From Basidiobolus meristosporus CBS 931.73 (taxonomy: Eukaryota; Fungi; Basidiobolomycota), in NCBI GenBank assembly GCA_002104905.1, contig MCFE01000058.1, positions 131,200 to 195,199 on the forward strand: a DNA stretch of 64,000 nt, given 5' to 3'. Below are positions 1 through 11,900 of this stretch, in pieces; positions within the stretch are counted from its first letter, which is position 1; each line of letters opens with the position of its first letter. The notes under the pieces were generated by a model. It saw nothing but the letters and a program-made list of their open reading frames with translations, was not told the DNA's origin and did no database searches. The position numbers were made by a program, and so were the translations under genes.

Positions 1-2041
1 CAGGTTGATGCCAATATACTGCTGTATAAGTATCCAAATCCGTTGCTATGGTCCCCATACCAAGCCTCAACTCATCTTTAGTACAACCCAGACAAAACCC
101 ATCCCCCAGCTCACAAGCGCGGTCCGGACCGGAAAAGTCGATGTCGGATCCGTTCGAGTTCTCACCAAATGATTTTAGTATGGCCCAAGTGTCTATGATG
201 AGCCTTCATACAGATATTTGGGCACTACTGATTAATCTAGCAGAACTAGATACCTCAGAGAGTCAACAAAGATGGAAGAATTTGAGTAGAAAGCTGTGGC
301 ATGAGTTCTACATCAAGATGCCAGCCAATGTATTTAAAAAGATATATAACAAGACAAGTATTGAAATTGAGAATGAGCTGAGAGTGAGGGGATTTGACAA
401 GGAAGCCGTGCGGGAACGATTTCGTGCGCAATTTGCACAGTACGGGCTGGATGCATCCGTTTGTGCCTCAACTTTGGGAACCAAAGAGATTTTGAATGAG
501 TTTTTGCCTCAAATGACTAATGTACTACGTGATATATTAGTAGAGCTAAGTGGCTTCCGAGAGCAATATACACAGGACTCATCCAGGCAACAGCTCCAAA
601 GTATTAGACAGAGGGTAACTGAATACCATGAGGAATCAGATGGTGAGCTTCAGGAGGAAGAATACAGACCGCAAGCAACATTGTCCAGATCGCACCAGCA
701 CGCCTCGCTGGATTCCCTACCATCTCTTGCAACCACAGCGCGCCGGCGCCCGTCAGTCCAGACCACGCCAACACCCTTTACCAGAACGCCCCGCGTCAAG
801 TCAACGTGCATTGAGTCAACGCGCGTCAGGTCAACGCGCGCAACTTGCCAAACTGCTCATTTAGACACAAGTCCATTGGAGCGGACCAAGTCGCGTCAAC
901 ATGCGGCATCACATCGAACTCAGCCAAGGGCCATCTCAACGCGTCAAGGCACGCCTGCGCGTGCCGTTTTGCCTGACCATCAGCGAGTTACTTCTGGTGA
1001 ACTGACTGATGATGACCAACATGAAGTGACTCAACCACCGGAGCCCTTGGCAAGTAAAAGAACGAGTCAGCGCGTGGCACTACAGGCCGGTTCAGTTGGT
1101 TCAGTTGGTTCAGTTGGAGCGATTCAGCGCAGCCAAGCTGCAGCATTGCACTCATCAACTAGGAGGCAAAATACTGACTACAAATACACAAGTAGCCAAG
1201 ATGATAGTCAGCCAGGAAGTAGTATAGGTGTGCAAAGTGAGTCACTACCAAATGCTTCAGTAGTAATCCCTGTGAGAAAAAAACCCAGGAGAAGATGATG
1301 CGATCGCTTTGAATCGCTCACATTTGTAATGATCCCGACAACCCTTTTTTTTTGCGATCCAAATCAAGCCATCGCAAATCAGTGATCATCAAATTTTTGA
1401 TATAAGTAATATCAAGGTTGTCTCACATTTGAGACAGAACCCCTATAAATAAACACCCTGCATATATATACATCATCTGTAATACCAGTGCAGCTATTGG
1501 ATCTGTTTTGCACCTACACAATCGCTTGCGTGCTAGCTATGACACCTTGCCCAATCACTAGGATCAGGGATTTACTTGCTCAATGGGCAAAATGGGATAT
1601 TTGATGGCAAATCAGGTAGCTTTTTCAGTAGTCAATGAGCCAATTGGGGGCTGCCAGCTTCAGGATACTTTTGGACCAATTAATCACTGAGATACTGTCC
1701 AATTGGAGTGAGGGTAACCAGAATGGTAAGTATCAGTGTAGTTTATAGTGTGATACACATTTATTTCCATTTACATTAAAGAAACATATCCAAATACCAG
1801 ATTTTACCTGCCATTATAGCGGTATCCGATTGTGCACGTGATGCAAGCATAACGAGTTGGCGCAATCATCCGCGCCAACCTCATCGTGTCAGATTGTGCC
1901 ATAGTGTGCGAGATCGTCCCGCATAGTGCGAAATCATCCAAGAACGATCCTGCCTTCTGGTAGCTATAATATCGCGCCCAATCATTCTTTGCAACCGCGG
2001 ATCGCGCCGCGCGCCCTGGCACGGTACGATGGAACAAGTCT
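1..2041 (+). mobile_element. PIF/Harbinger-like (PHIS superfamily) DNA transposon, right-hand part, copy 1 (left part outside window)
   Basis: Collinear with 13667-15685. Ends in terminal inverted repeat CGATGGAACAAGTCT (2027-2041) followed by AGT. The flank AGTATGTACATTTAGC matches copia sequence just upstream of the PPT, so the element inserted into a copia 3' end. Confidence 0.75.
48..1298 (+). CDS. Transposon accessory protein (416 aa), possible Myb/SANT-like DNA-binding partner of the Harbinger-like transposase
   Basis: Open 416-codon ORF with QQRWKNLSRK motif, Ser/Thr/Arg-rich C-terminal half and terminal RKKPRRR basic patch. Its degenerate twin (13715-14961) lies divergent from the DDE transposase inside the same TIR pair. 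The domain identity is an inference. Confidence 0.6.
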   Translation: MVPIPSLNSSLVQPRQNPSPSSQARSGPEKSMSDPFEFSPNDFSMAQVSMMSLHTDIWALLINLAELDTSESQQRWKNLSRKLWHEFYIKMPANVFKKIYNKTSIEIENELRVRGFDKEAVRERFRAQFAQYGLDASVCASTLGTKEILNEFLPQMTNVLRDILVELSGFREQYTQDSSRQQLQSIRQRVTEYHEESDGELQEEEYRPQATLSRSHQHASLDSLPSLATTARRRPSVQTTPTPFTRTPRVKSTCIESTRVRSTRATCQTAHLDTSPLERTKSRQHAASHRTQPRAISTRQGTPARAVLPDHQRVTSGELTDDDQHEVTQPPEPLASKRTSQRVALQAGSVGSVGSVGAIQRSQAAALHSSTRRQNTDYKYTSSQDDSQPGSSIGVQSESLPNASVVIPVRKKPRRR

Positions 2042-2416
2042 AGTATGTACATTTAGCTGAGTGGGAGTGTTGTAAAAAGATTGTATTTCCACCTAAATAT
2101 ACACCTAACTTAGTCACTTAGATCATTACCTTCAAATCCTAGAGAATACTGACCAAATTCCTTGTTGGGATTTACTTGGAATATTTTCACCAAAATACCA
2201 GGTACCCAGAACATGAAATTCTCAAAGTTGTCCAAACAGCCCCAAACTTTGCTCACATGCTCTTGGGACCTTCCTTAACCTATTCTACGTGTTTGTAATG
2301 CCAAGACCAGGTAAAAGTATAAATACCACTTTTACATTCAATAAATCATTAAGTGAAAACCACATAACCTACTTGTTCTCCCAATTACTTCCAATATCTC
2401 CAAGACTCTTACAACA
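2042..2416 (+). mobile_element. Ty1/copia 3' end: PPT plus complete LTR (2068-2416)
   Basis: AGCTGAGTGGGAG polypurine tract immediately before TGTTGTAA...TTACAACA (349 bp); same LTR family as 8943-9290 and 13275-13623. Confidence 0.9.
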
Positions 2417-2423
2417 CCAAAGT

Positions 2424-2843
2424 CATGGAAAAATGGCATTACAGCAGAAAAATATATTGAGTGGTGGATTTCAATAGAGTTAATTGTTCAGTGTGGGTTA
2501 TGCTTAATGTTAGTGTAGGGTATAGAAGCTGGTATAGGTCAATACAATTGGCAAATGCGGTACATCTGAAGTTACAACTTACATAAGTCAATTTGTATGC
2601 ATGAAAGTAAGAGAAATGGCTGAGTTGGGAAGTAATGAGTATGAAAAAGAGGCAATAGCCAATCAATGTACACAAGTGTATGAGGTGATTGAGTGTCTGG
2701 GAGCAGAAAGTGAGAGAATTGGCATAGTACAAATCAAAAGCCACTTGGGTATTGTTGTGATGAAGAATTTTGACTACGTTTTTTATGAGATCTGGGGTAT
2801 TATTACATTTTGGCAATCTTTGCACCATGCCCTGACAGCTTAG
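2424..2843 (+). pseudogene. Degenerate fragment homologous to the C-terminal part of the CACTA-associated ORF at 4175-4447
   Basis: Manual translation WKNGITAEKYIEWWISIELIVQCG..LNVSVGYRSWYRSIQLANAVHLKLQL aligns with WNQSFTAEILIEWWILMKLLVECGARLNVSVGYRDVYRSIQLAIKVQLKLQQ on the opposite strand; contains a frameshift and stops. Confidence 0.6.
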
Positions 2844-3074
2844 TACCTCTTGGCCACAGGATTTTAAGCTTGTGATAGCCTTTTGACCACATCATTACAA
2901 TTACTACCCATAGGGTTGAGTATTAGGGAAATGATGATTATTTTCTCACTGCAGAGAACTCTGCAGCTATGATTCAGCCTAAAGCAGTGCCTAAGAGCAT
3001 CCTAGAAGTGATTATCTCTGTATTATAAGACATGATATGCAACTGGACCAGACATTGCTCATACTACTATAACA

Positions 3075-4140
3075 ACCTATGTACAAACCCTGCCTATGCC
3101 TATTCAATCTATGTTCATCAGCCCAGACTGTAAAAGAGGTCTTAAGTAGTCCCTGGATAGAGTATTGGAGATCCGCAATGACTGAAGAGTATCAGGCCCT
3201 AATGGAATATCAAACTTGATAGTTAATGGAGTTACAAACTAGCCAAAAGTCAATTAGATGTAGATTGGGCTTCAACAAAAGCATAAGGCTAATGGTATAA
3301 CTAAACAATACAAAGCAAGGCTTGTGGCCAAAGGACACTCCTAAAGAAAATGACTTGACTATACTGACACCTTTGCACTGGCAACCAATTTCAATTCCAT
3401 CAGATTAATATTTACTATTGCAGCCAAATATAAGGTTTTGGACTGTCAAATGGATGTAAAAGCTGCAATTTGAATGGGAAGCTTGCTAAGGACATGCATA
3501 AGGATCTGCCTGTTGGGTTTGCTGACCAACATAGACCCCATTTGGTTGGCAAGCTTAAAATATATCTATATGGTCTGAAACAATATCTCAGCCTGGAATT
3601 GCAAGAAAAACTCTTATTTGATATCATACAGTTTTCAATGGAGTACAACTAATTAAAGTATCTACCCTAATTCAGATAGAGCAAGCTCAGCTGTATCAGC
3701 TCTATATGTGGCTGATATTATTGTAGCTGCCAATAACCCAGAAACACTGGAAGAGACTAAATCCAGCCTATCTATAGAGCTCAGGATGTCCAATATAGTA
3801 GAGCTCAGTTACTACATAGGGATAAAGGTTCTCATGGACAGATGTACACAGACTATTACCCTAAGTCAATCCTAGTATATTCAAGATATACTTAAGAAGT
3901 ACCAAATGGATGACTCTAAACCAGTAGCTAACTCAATGAAAATAAACCAATATGGTTAAGAAAACCTTAAAGATTTAGGCTATTGTTGAAAAATGCCTAT
4001 TACTTTACTTCATGATGATCACAGATACATATAATAGATAGAAATCCAAATTTCCATGCTAAGGCTAGGCACGTAAATATTAGATAACATTTCATATGTA
4101 AAGCTATAGAGAATAACTTAGTTATCTTTGCTTACCCTAT
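3075..4140 (+). mobile_element. Highly degenerate copia RT/RNase H fragment
   Basis: Nucleotide similarity to the RT region of 8943-13623 (e.g. GCCTATGCCTATTCA, AAAGCAAGGCTTGTGGCCAAAGG = KARLVAKG, CAAATGGATGTAAAAGCTGCA = QMDVKAA); many stops. Confidence 0.8.
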
Positions 4141-4174
4141 GAAAAACTGTTGGGATGATCCCATCAAAAGGCCA

Positions 4175-5862
4175 TCACAAAATTAATGTCCCATATATCT
4201 GTTGAAGCTTCAGTTGTACCTTGATTGCCAATTGAATTGACCTATACACATCCCTATACCCTACACTTACATTAAGCCTAGCCCCACACTCAACAAGTAA
4301 CTTCATCAAAATCCACCACTCAATAAGTATTTCTGCTGTAAAGCTCTGGTTCCACAACTTTAGCAGGAACCCAATTGCTTTATGCCACTGTTCATTCACT
4401 GGTTCCCACATGTCCTGGTGTTCAGCTGGCACTGCAAGGTCTAGCACCTCATCTGCCAGTCATCGCAATCAATCCTTGCAAATTCCATTGTGTTTTCTTG
4501 AGCACTGCACTTGAAGAAGTGCTGCAACCTCTTGGTGTGCCTATTAATGTTACAAGGCTCCACTGAAGGCACTGTGATAGTCTTTTGAGCTCTTGATGTT
4601 GTAGCCCTGTTGGTCAGTGAGATCTTCCCTCTGTCAACAATGGAGGATGTGGAGGCTGTGGTAGACAAATTGCCTTTTTCAGCAAACTGATTTACCTTGT
4701 TGGAGTGTAGCTCAACTGGCTGCACTTCCAACTCTAGTGACAACAGCTGTTTTCTTGTTGGTAATTCTTCTTAGCTATGATGGAATTCAGTCTGTTCCTG
4801 GCTTGCAGCATTAATTGGCACTCTTCCAGCTACCTGCCATCTCTTTGATGCTTGTCTGGAGCATTTGGCCCTGCTTGTAACAGGCTCTTGAGGAATCCGC
4901 TTGCTTTTAATCATGGCACCATTGTTCTTCTGCCTTTGACAGTTTTGGCTATTCTTAAGATACTTTCTTAGTATACCAATGCTGGCCCAAAATCCATTTT
5001 CCTGTTTGAATCCAGGATACTGCTCATGGAACAAGTCAAGTGCATTCTGCTTGGCCTTGAGTTGCAGCTGGTCCCATGGTATGCCAGCCTTAAGGTGATG
5101 GCATGCTAGACTTCTGACAGCCTCTTGTATATTAGCCCACTCTTCATTATTGCACTCAAGGGCTTCACAGATCTTGAATGTCTCTTGATTTTTAGGCTTG
5201 GACATAAGCACCACATTGTCTCCCTCCCACGCTGTGATAGGTTCTTCTGTGGGCCTTATCTTTAGGCACTGTTGTTGTGCTTCAAAGACTGTACAGTGTT
5301 CCTCTGCTGTTACATTGGGAAATAGCTCAATTCTTGGCTGTGACATTGAGCTACTTGAGTTCCTTCTTTGCAGCAAAGGTACTGCTTTCTCTACCTGGGA
5401 TATTGATTGCTCTACACATATTATCTGCTCATCCTGTTTCTGGACTATATCCTGATTTCTCTGGGCCATTGCATTTATCCTATCAGCCGTTGCACCTAAT
5501 TGCTTCATTAATGCTTTGGTATGAGCTGACAACATACTTGCTAATATGGGTGGTGGTGATGTTATCATGGCCACTTGCTGGTCATCAACTGAGGGTACTG
5601 CATTTGCTACATTCTCATCTGCCTGAGCATAATGGTTGGCCTGTGGCTCCACAGAGGTTCTCAGTTGCCTACTTGACTGAGGGCCTGAGGAGTCCGCATT
5701 ATTACCTTTGATGGGCACACTGTCCACAGGGCCTTTTTTGGATATAGCCCTATTTGTTGCACTGAATGTCAAAGCAAGCTGTTGTCCAACCATTCTTCTG
5801 TTGCCATCAGCAGTGGGATTTGGTTGGGAATCAGATGACTTTGCTTTATTTTTTGGCGGCAT
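4175..5862 (-). pseudogene. CACTA-element second ORF, divergent from the transposase; interrupted by an in-frame TAA at 4771 and a frameshift near 4445
   Basis: ORFs 4771-5886, 4441-4743 and 4175-4447 join into one reading path; probable start MPPKNK at 5862; lies head-to-head with the Tnp2-like transposase. Confidence 0.55.
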
Positions 5863-6084
5863 ATATATGGAAGAGAGTAAAACCAAAGGGGAAATAGTGT
5901 TACATATACATGTGTATGTAGTGCCACAACTTTATTTATAATGTTTACTATGGTAGGTCATCATTGAATCTTACATTCATATAGGTGTAATGTCTCAAAT
6001 ACAAGGCTGTCTTAAGTTCACATGAGCATTGGTCAAAAAGTGACATAATAGCATTACATTGCTGAAGGTCAAACTGTTTGCCCC

Positions 6085-7612
6085 ATGGACAAGACTACTT
6101 TGACCCAACACTGCATGAGAACAGAAATAAGACCATGTGGCTATTGTGGCAAGCCCCTCAGCCATGAAGCATGCAGACAGCATAGGAAGTATTACAAGGA
6201 TCATGGCCAGTGTTTTGCCACCCAACTTGTATTTGACCACTCATTGGTGACTACTGTACCAACATTATCTTGCCAGCCAGCTGATACCTCTATATTGGCA
6301 CCTGGCTGTCTTTGTCACCTTGTGCAAACTGAGTCAGGTGAGCTTGTGATGCCTTTTGGCTCACCTCAGCCTTCTGAATATGGCACTCAGAGTGATAGCT
6401 CTGACAAAGAAGGTTCACTGATGTATTTTGAGCCCATCTCCCCTAACAACAGTACCACATATGAGCCTGGTCAAATCTCCATATGCAATGAGACAACATC
6501 CATTGAAACAAATGCCAAGGATACTTCATGCAGCCAAGTGAGCCCAGTAATCCATCTGCTGGTGAATGATGTAATGTTGTGGCTTGAGAGGTGGCACGTT
6601 TCTACTACTATCAGTAATGGGGGCAGTGAGGATTTATTACTACTTCTTGCCAAAATCATGCCAGGATGCAACTTACCATGTACATGGTATAAGTGGACAA
6701 CCATCATGCGGCTGGCAACATATGATCCAAAGACTGTCCTGGTTCCCACATGTGTTAAAAGTTGCATAGCATTCACATCCAAAAATGCCACCATTGCAAC
6801 ATGTCCAAACTGTCAGGAACCCACCACCATTGAGGGAAAACATTGTTCACACTCTGGATATATTCCGGTCATACTCTTGCTGAGGAAGCTGATGCAGTCC
6901 AACAAATATTGCAAAGCTATACAGTACTGCACTCAGTATCAATCAAGCGCAAACATATCCAATATATTTGATGGTAAACATTACAAATGGCTAAGGAGCA
7001 AGGGCTACTTTGAAGGTATGTATGACCATACCTTAGCTTTAGCACTTGATGGATTCTCATCAAACAAGTACTCTACCAGCAAATCCTGCTGGCCACTGAT
7101 TCTCATTATTCTGAATCTGCTGCTCAACCAATGGTAGCAGAGCAATAATCCAATGGTAGTCTCACTAGTAGCTGGGCCTAAATCACCATCTAACCTGGAT
7201 AGCTATCTGTATCCATTGCCGGATGAATTTTGTATGCTTTCCAGCAGGATATCAGTAAATAGCTGTCATGTAAAAGCACATATTATTATCTGCATTGGAG
7301 ATACCCCAGCCATCAGTAAGAGAGCAGGTTATTCCAGGAACAACAATTGGTATTGCGGTTGAATATGTGAGATCCTGAGGATTTACTCCATAACTCACAC
7401 ACATTATTATTACCCAAGCACCAGCGCTAAGAGCATCATCCTTCCACAGAGAGAACATACAGAAGACAGCATGTAATTGCAGCAAAGTTGGCAAATCTAT
7501 AAGCCATTGGCCATAATATGGAATCAATTGGAAACCAGAGATACTTAAGATAGAGGGTATCTGTTGGAGCAAAAGCTTTCCACTGGGAGCAATGCATTTG
7601 CTTTTCAATCAT
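6085..7612 (+). pseudogene. CACTA/EnSpm (Transposase_21/Tnp2-like) transposase, 5' part
   Basis: N-terminal CGYC...C..H; CVKSCIAF...CPNC; FDGKHY...LALDGF...SCWPL; GPKSP.NLDSYL.PL; GDTPA; SFPLGAMHLLFN; several stops. Confidence 0.8.
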
Positions 7613-7785
7613 AGGCTTGTTCTGTTGGATAGTGCCAGATAGTGCCAGCCTGTTTATAGTGCTGGATCAATCTAGCACTATCTGGCACTATAATTTCTAC
7701 CATCATGCCAGTGGTAGGTTATAGTTACTGGCAATTGTACTCAATTTTACTTATGTTGCTCAGAGTAGTGCTTTCCTTGCTGTAT

Positions 7786-8721
7786 TTACTCTTCATAATG
7801 CTCCAGACACATTTCTCTCAGTGGATGTCTTCTTGTATGAATATACTGTGCATTGATAAGTATCTTAATTACTTTACCTATTCTGCTATTTTCTCCTATA
7901 TATGACTTTCCTCTGTATTTACCTGCCAATATGCTGAATATCTTCAGGTATCCAAATGTGTGCTCTACCCTCACTCTGAAATGATTAAATATCTCATTAT
8001 TGAGCTTCTGCTTCCTGCTAAGCACACCATTCCTTGGCTTCCTATAAGCTTTAATACATCCTAATCTCTGACAATCCTCTCCTATATAAGCTATGTCTGC
8101 CACACATTTCTCTGCTCTACTGAATTCTGGATGATTCTCTACCCAGTGTGCTTTATCATGCCTACTTTCAGCAAATGGCCCACTAAACCAGATGATGTTA
8201 CCCTCAATGTCTGACAGTGCTTGAAAGTTCACACAGTGTGCCTTGTACTTGCCAGAATAAAAGTGCCTCTGCCCTCTAGAAGGTCTGTTAATCCTGACTG
8301 GGAAGGTATCCAAAATACTCCTTATATGGAACCTGTTGCTGAACACTCTGGGATATGGAAGTTTATTGGAGCTTCTAAACCTAGTGCTCCAAGCATGCTC
8401 TAAGTCATGCATACCCTCTGCAAGGTAGTTCCCCATTGCTGTCAGCTGAGAATGAAAGCTTCTAGGACTTTTGTTGCCATGGATGGTAGGATGAAGCCTT
8501 GTAGGTCAATAGCTCTTGTAATAGCAGAGAAGCTTAACAAGGGATCTCCTTGAGTAGATTGGGGTAGATGGACCACAGTACTTAGTATAGATCTCCTCTA
8601 GTGTGTCAAAAGGAAGTCCAGTAGTAGTGATGGGATTGAAGAGAAAAGACCATTCTGATGAGTAAGTCATATTAAAGTTGGAAAAGATTGCGCTGAGATG
8701 ATTTGAGTTGATTTGGCACAA
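7786..8721 (-). pseudogene. DDE_Tnp_4-type (PIF/Harbinger/ISL2EU) transposase with one in-frame TGA (8506-8508)
   Basis: LDTFPVRINRP..QRHFYSGKYKAH, ESRHD, VADIAY, RKP..LSRKQK.NN..FN.FRVRVEHTFGYLKIF.IL. ORFs 8506-8721 and 7786-8436 are the same frame separated by a single stop. Confidence 0.85.
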
Positions 8722-8942
8722 TCAGCTTTATTTATCAGACTTTCCATGCATTATGATTAAATCTCCATCAATTGTCATGTATCCCATCATTATGGTGCAA
8801 AAATCATCTTCAAACAGTGACTGGGTAGTTTTATTGATGTTTTACTTACATATCTATAATCAAATAGGAAATCTGTGATTGATGTGATCTGATCTGTGTC
8901 AATGCAATCTAAGATGCATTATGCATAATATATTGAAAATTC

Positions 8943-11900
8943 TGTTGTAAGAGTCCTGGAGATATTGGTAGTGATTGGGAGAACAAGTAGGTTATGTGGT
9001 TTTCACTTAATGATTTATTGAATGTAAAAGTGGTATTTATACTTTTACCTGGTCTTGGCATTACAAACACGTAGAATAAGTTAAGGAAGGTCCCAAGAGC
9101 ATGTGTGCAAAGTTTGGGGCTATTTGGACAACTTTGAGAATTTCATGTTCTGGGTACCTGGTATTTTGGTGAAAATATTCTAAGTAAATCCCAACAAGGA
9201 ATTTGGTCAGTATTCTCTAGGATTTGAAGGTAATGATCTAAGTGACTAAGTTAGGTGAATATTTAGGCGGAATTACAAACTTTTACAACACTCCCACTCA
9301 GCTAAATGTACATACTGACTAGTCCTAATTTTGACCTAAGTTATTCAAACTTGTTTCTAGCTAATGGTTTGGTAAATATGTCTGCAATCATTTCATCTGT
9401 AGGAAAGTAAACTAAGCTAACTAAGTTATTCTCTATAGCTTCATGTATGAAATGATGTCTAATATCTATGTGCTTGGTTCTAGCATGAAAAGTTGGACTT
9501 CTACCTAATTGTATACATCCTTGATTATCTTGAAATAAAGTACTAGGCATTTTTTGACATAGACCTAAATCTCTAAACAGCTTTCTTAACCACATGCTTC
9601 TTTTGTAGCTTCACAGGCTGCCATGTACTCTGCCTCTGTGGTAGAAAGTGCTACAGTTGGTTGCTTTCTTGAATTCCATGAAATTGCTCCTTTACAGTAA
9701 AGAAAGGTGTAACCTGTGGTGAATCTTCTGTCTTCTAAATTTTGACCCCAATCAGCATTAGAGTATCCCACAAGATCTTGTTCTGAGTCCTTATAAGTGT
9801 ATCTTAAGCAAATATCAGCAGTTCCTTTTAGGTATCTGAAAATCCGCTTAACTGCTGCAATACAATCAGATCCAAAGTTCTGATTATGTTGGCTGACAAC
9901 TCCCACTGAATATGAGATATCTGGACATGTTCCAAGCATGATATACATCAGACTGCCAATCATAGATTGATAAGGAAAGTCAGGGCTTTCAGATGGCACT
10001 AAGCTCTCTTGATTTGGTTGCGTTTTGACCAAGTTAAGGTTTGTCTCCATTGGGGTAGCTGCCGGTTTACAGTCTTCCATTTTGTACTTCTTTAGTATAT
10101 CTTGAATATACTTGGATTGGCTTAGGGTAATAGTCTTGGTACTTCTGTCTATGGAGAAGTTAATCCCTAAGTAGTCACTAAGTTCTCCTAAATCAGACAT
10201 CTTGAACTCCTTAGATAGGCTGGATTTAGTCTCTTCCAATGTTTCTAGGTTATTGGCGGCTATAATAAGATCATCCACATGTAGAGCTAATAGAACTGGA
10301 CTTGCTCTATCTGGCTTATAGTATATACTATAGTTAGCATTACTTCTTTTGAAACTCAAGGATTCCAAATAAGAATCTATCTTGCAATTCCAGGCTCTCG
10401 GTGATTGTTTGAGATCATTTAGTGACTTTTTAAGCTTGCAGACCAAATGGGGGTTATCTTGGTCAATAAACCCATCAGCCTTGTCCATATACACGTCCTC
10501 ATCAAGTTCTCTATTCAAAAATGCAGTTTTTACATCCATTTGATGAATAAAAAACTTATATTTGGCTGCAATAGCTAATATTAATCTGATGGAATTAAAC
10601 TTGGCTACCAGTGCAAAGGTCTCAGTATAGTCAAGTCCTTTTGTTTGAGAGTATCCTTTGGCTACAAGTCTTGCTTTGTATCTTTCAATTGTACCATCAG
10701 CCTTGTATTTTGTCTTGAAGACCCATCTGCATCCAATTGATTTTTGGTTGATTGGTAATTTGACTAAGTCCCAAGTTTGATTGTCCATCAGGGCCTGATA
10801 TTCCTCAGTCATTGCATTTCTCCAAAACTTTGTCTGAGGGCTATTTAGGGCCACTTTTACAGTCTGGGGCTCATCAATATGGACTGAATAGGCATAGGCT
10901 AAGTTTGTACCCTCATTGATATAGTAATTTGGACTATTTCATGTCCAATTGGATCTCCAGGCATTTGATACTGGAATGATCACTTCTGGGATATTCCTGG
11001 GCACTGATTTTGGCTAAAACATGGTTGTAGAGTCCTCTGGAGTGCAAAAATTTTCATTGTTTTGTACTGATTCAATCCTGACAATTGATGGACTTGAGAT
11101 CAAATTTTTGTCATCATCTGATGTCATTTTTTGTGAAAATTTTGAATTTTCATCAACTAACACTTCCCTGGACTTGATCAGCCTCTTTGCTTTGGTATTG
11201 TAGAGTCTGTATGCCTTACTCTCATTGCAGTAGCCCAAAAATATGCATTTTACACTTTTTGGCTTAAATTTTGACTGATTTCCGGCCAGTTTTTTGGCAA
11301 ATGCTGTACACCCAAATATTCCTAGATGTTCTGCACTTGGTCTGTATCCACACCATGCTTCAAATGGAGTAGAATCACAAAGTATTCTGTTATAACTCCT
11401 ATTTTTAAGATATACAGCAGTGGCACCTGATTCCGCCCAAAAATTATAGGATAATTTTTGATCATGGATCATAGATCTTGCCATATCAATTATTGATCTG
11501 TTAGCTCATTCTGCTACTCCATTTTGCTGTGGGGAGTATGGTACAGTAGTCTCTTGCTTTATCCCATGAATTTTGCAGAAGTGGATGAAGAGTTTTGAGG
11601 TACATACTCCACCATTGTGAGAGTGTATTTTCTTGATTTTTCACCAGTCTCTCTCTCAACCATGGCTTTAAGCTCCCTGAGCTTAGACAGAGCTTCTTCC
11701 TTTCTCTCTATGAAGTAGACCCATGAGTATCTTGTATAATCATCAATAAAAGTAATTAAATACTTCATCCCGCTTAAGGATAAATTTTGCATAGGTCCAC
11801 ACAGATCTGAGTGAATTAGATCTAATTTTTTCTTAGTTTTGATTATCCCAGAGCTCTTGAACAGTTTTCTTGCTTGTTTCCCATATATGCAGGCTTCACA

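Noticed and set aside
2001-2044. Helitron-like 3' end (GC hairpin 2001-2030 then CTAG-T; CTAA-T in copy 2)
   Set aside because: The same bases form a TIR matching 7613-7627, the flank AGT matches the uninterrupted copia target, and no Rep/helicase is present; a TIR element explains it better.
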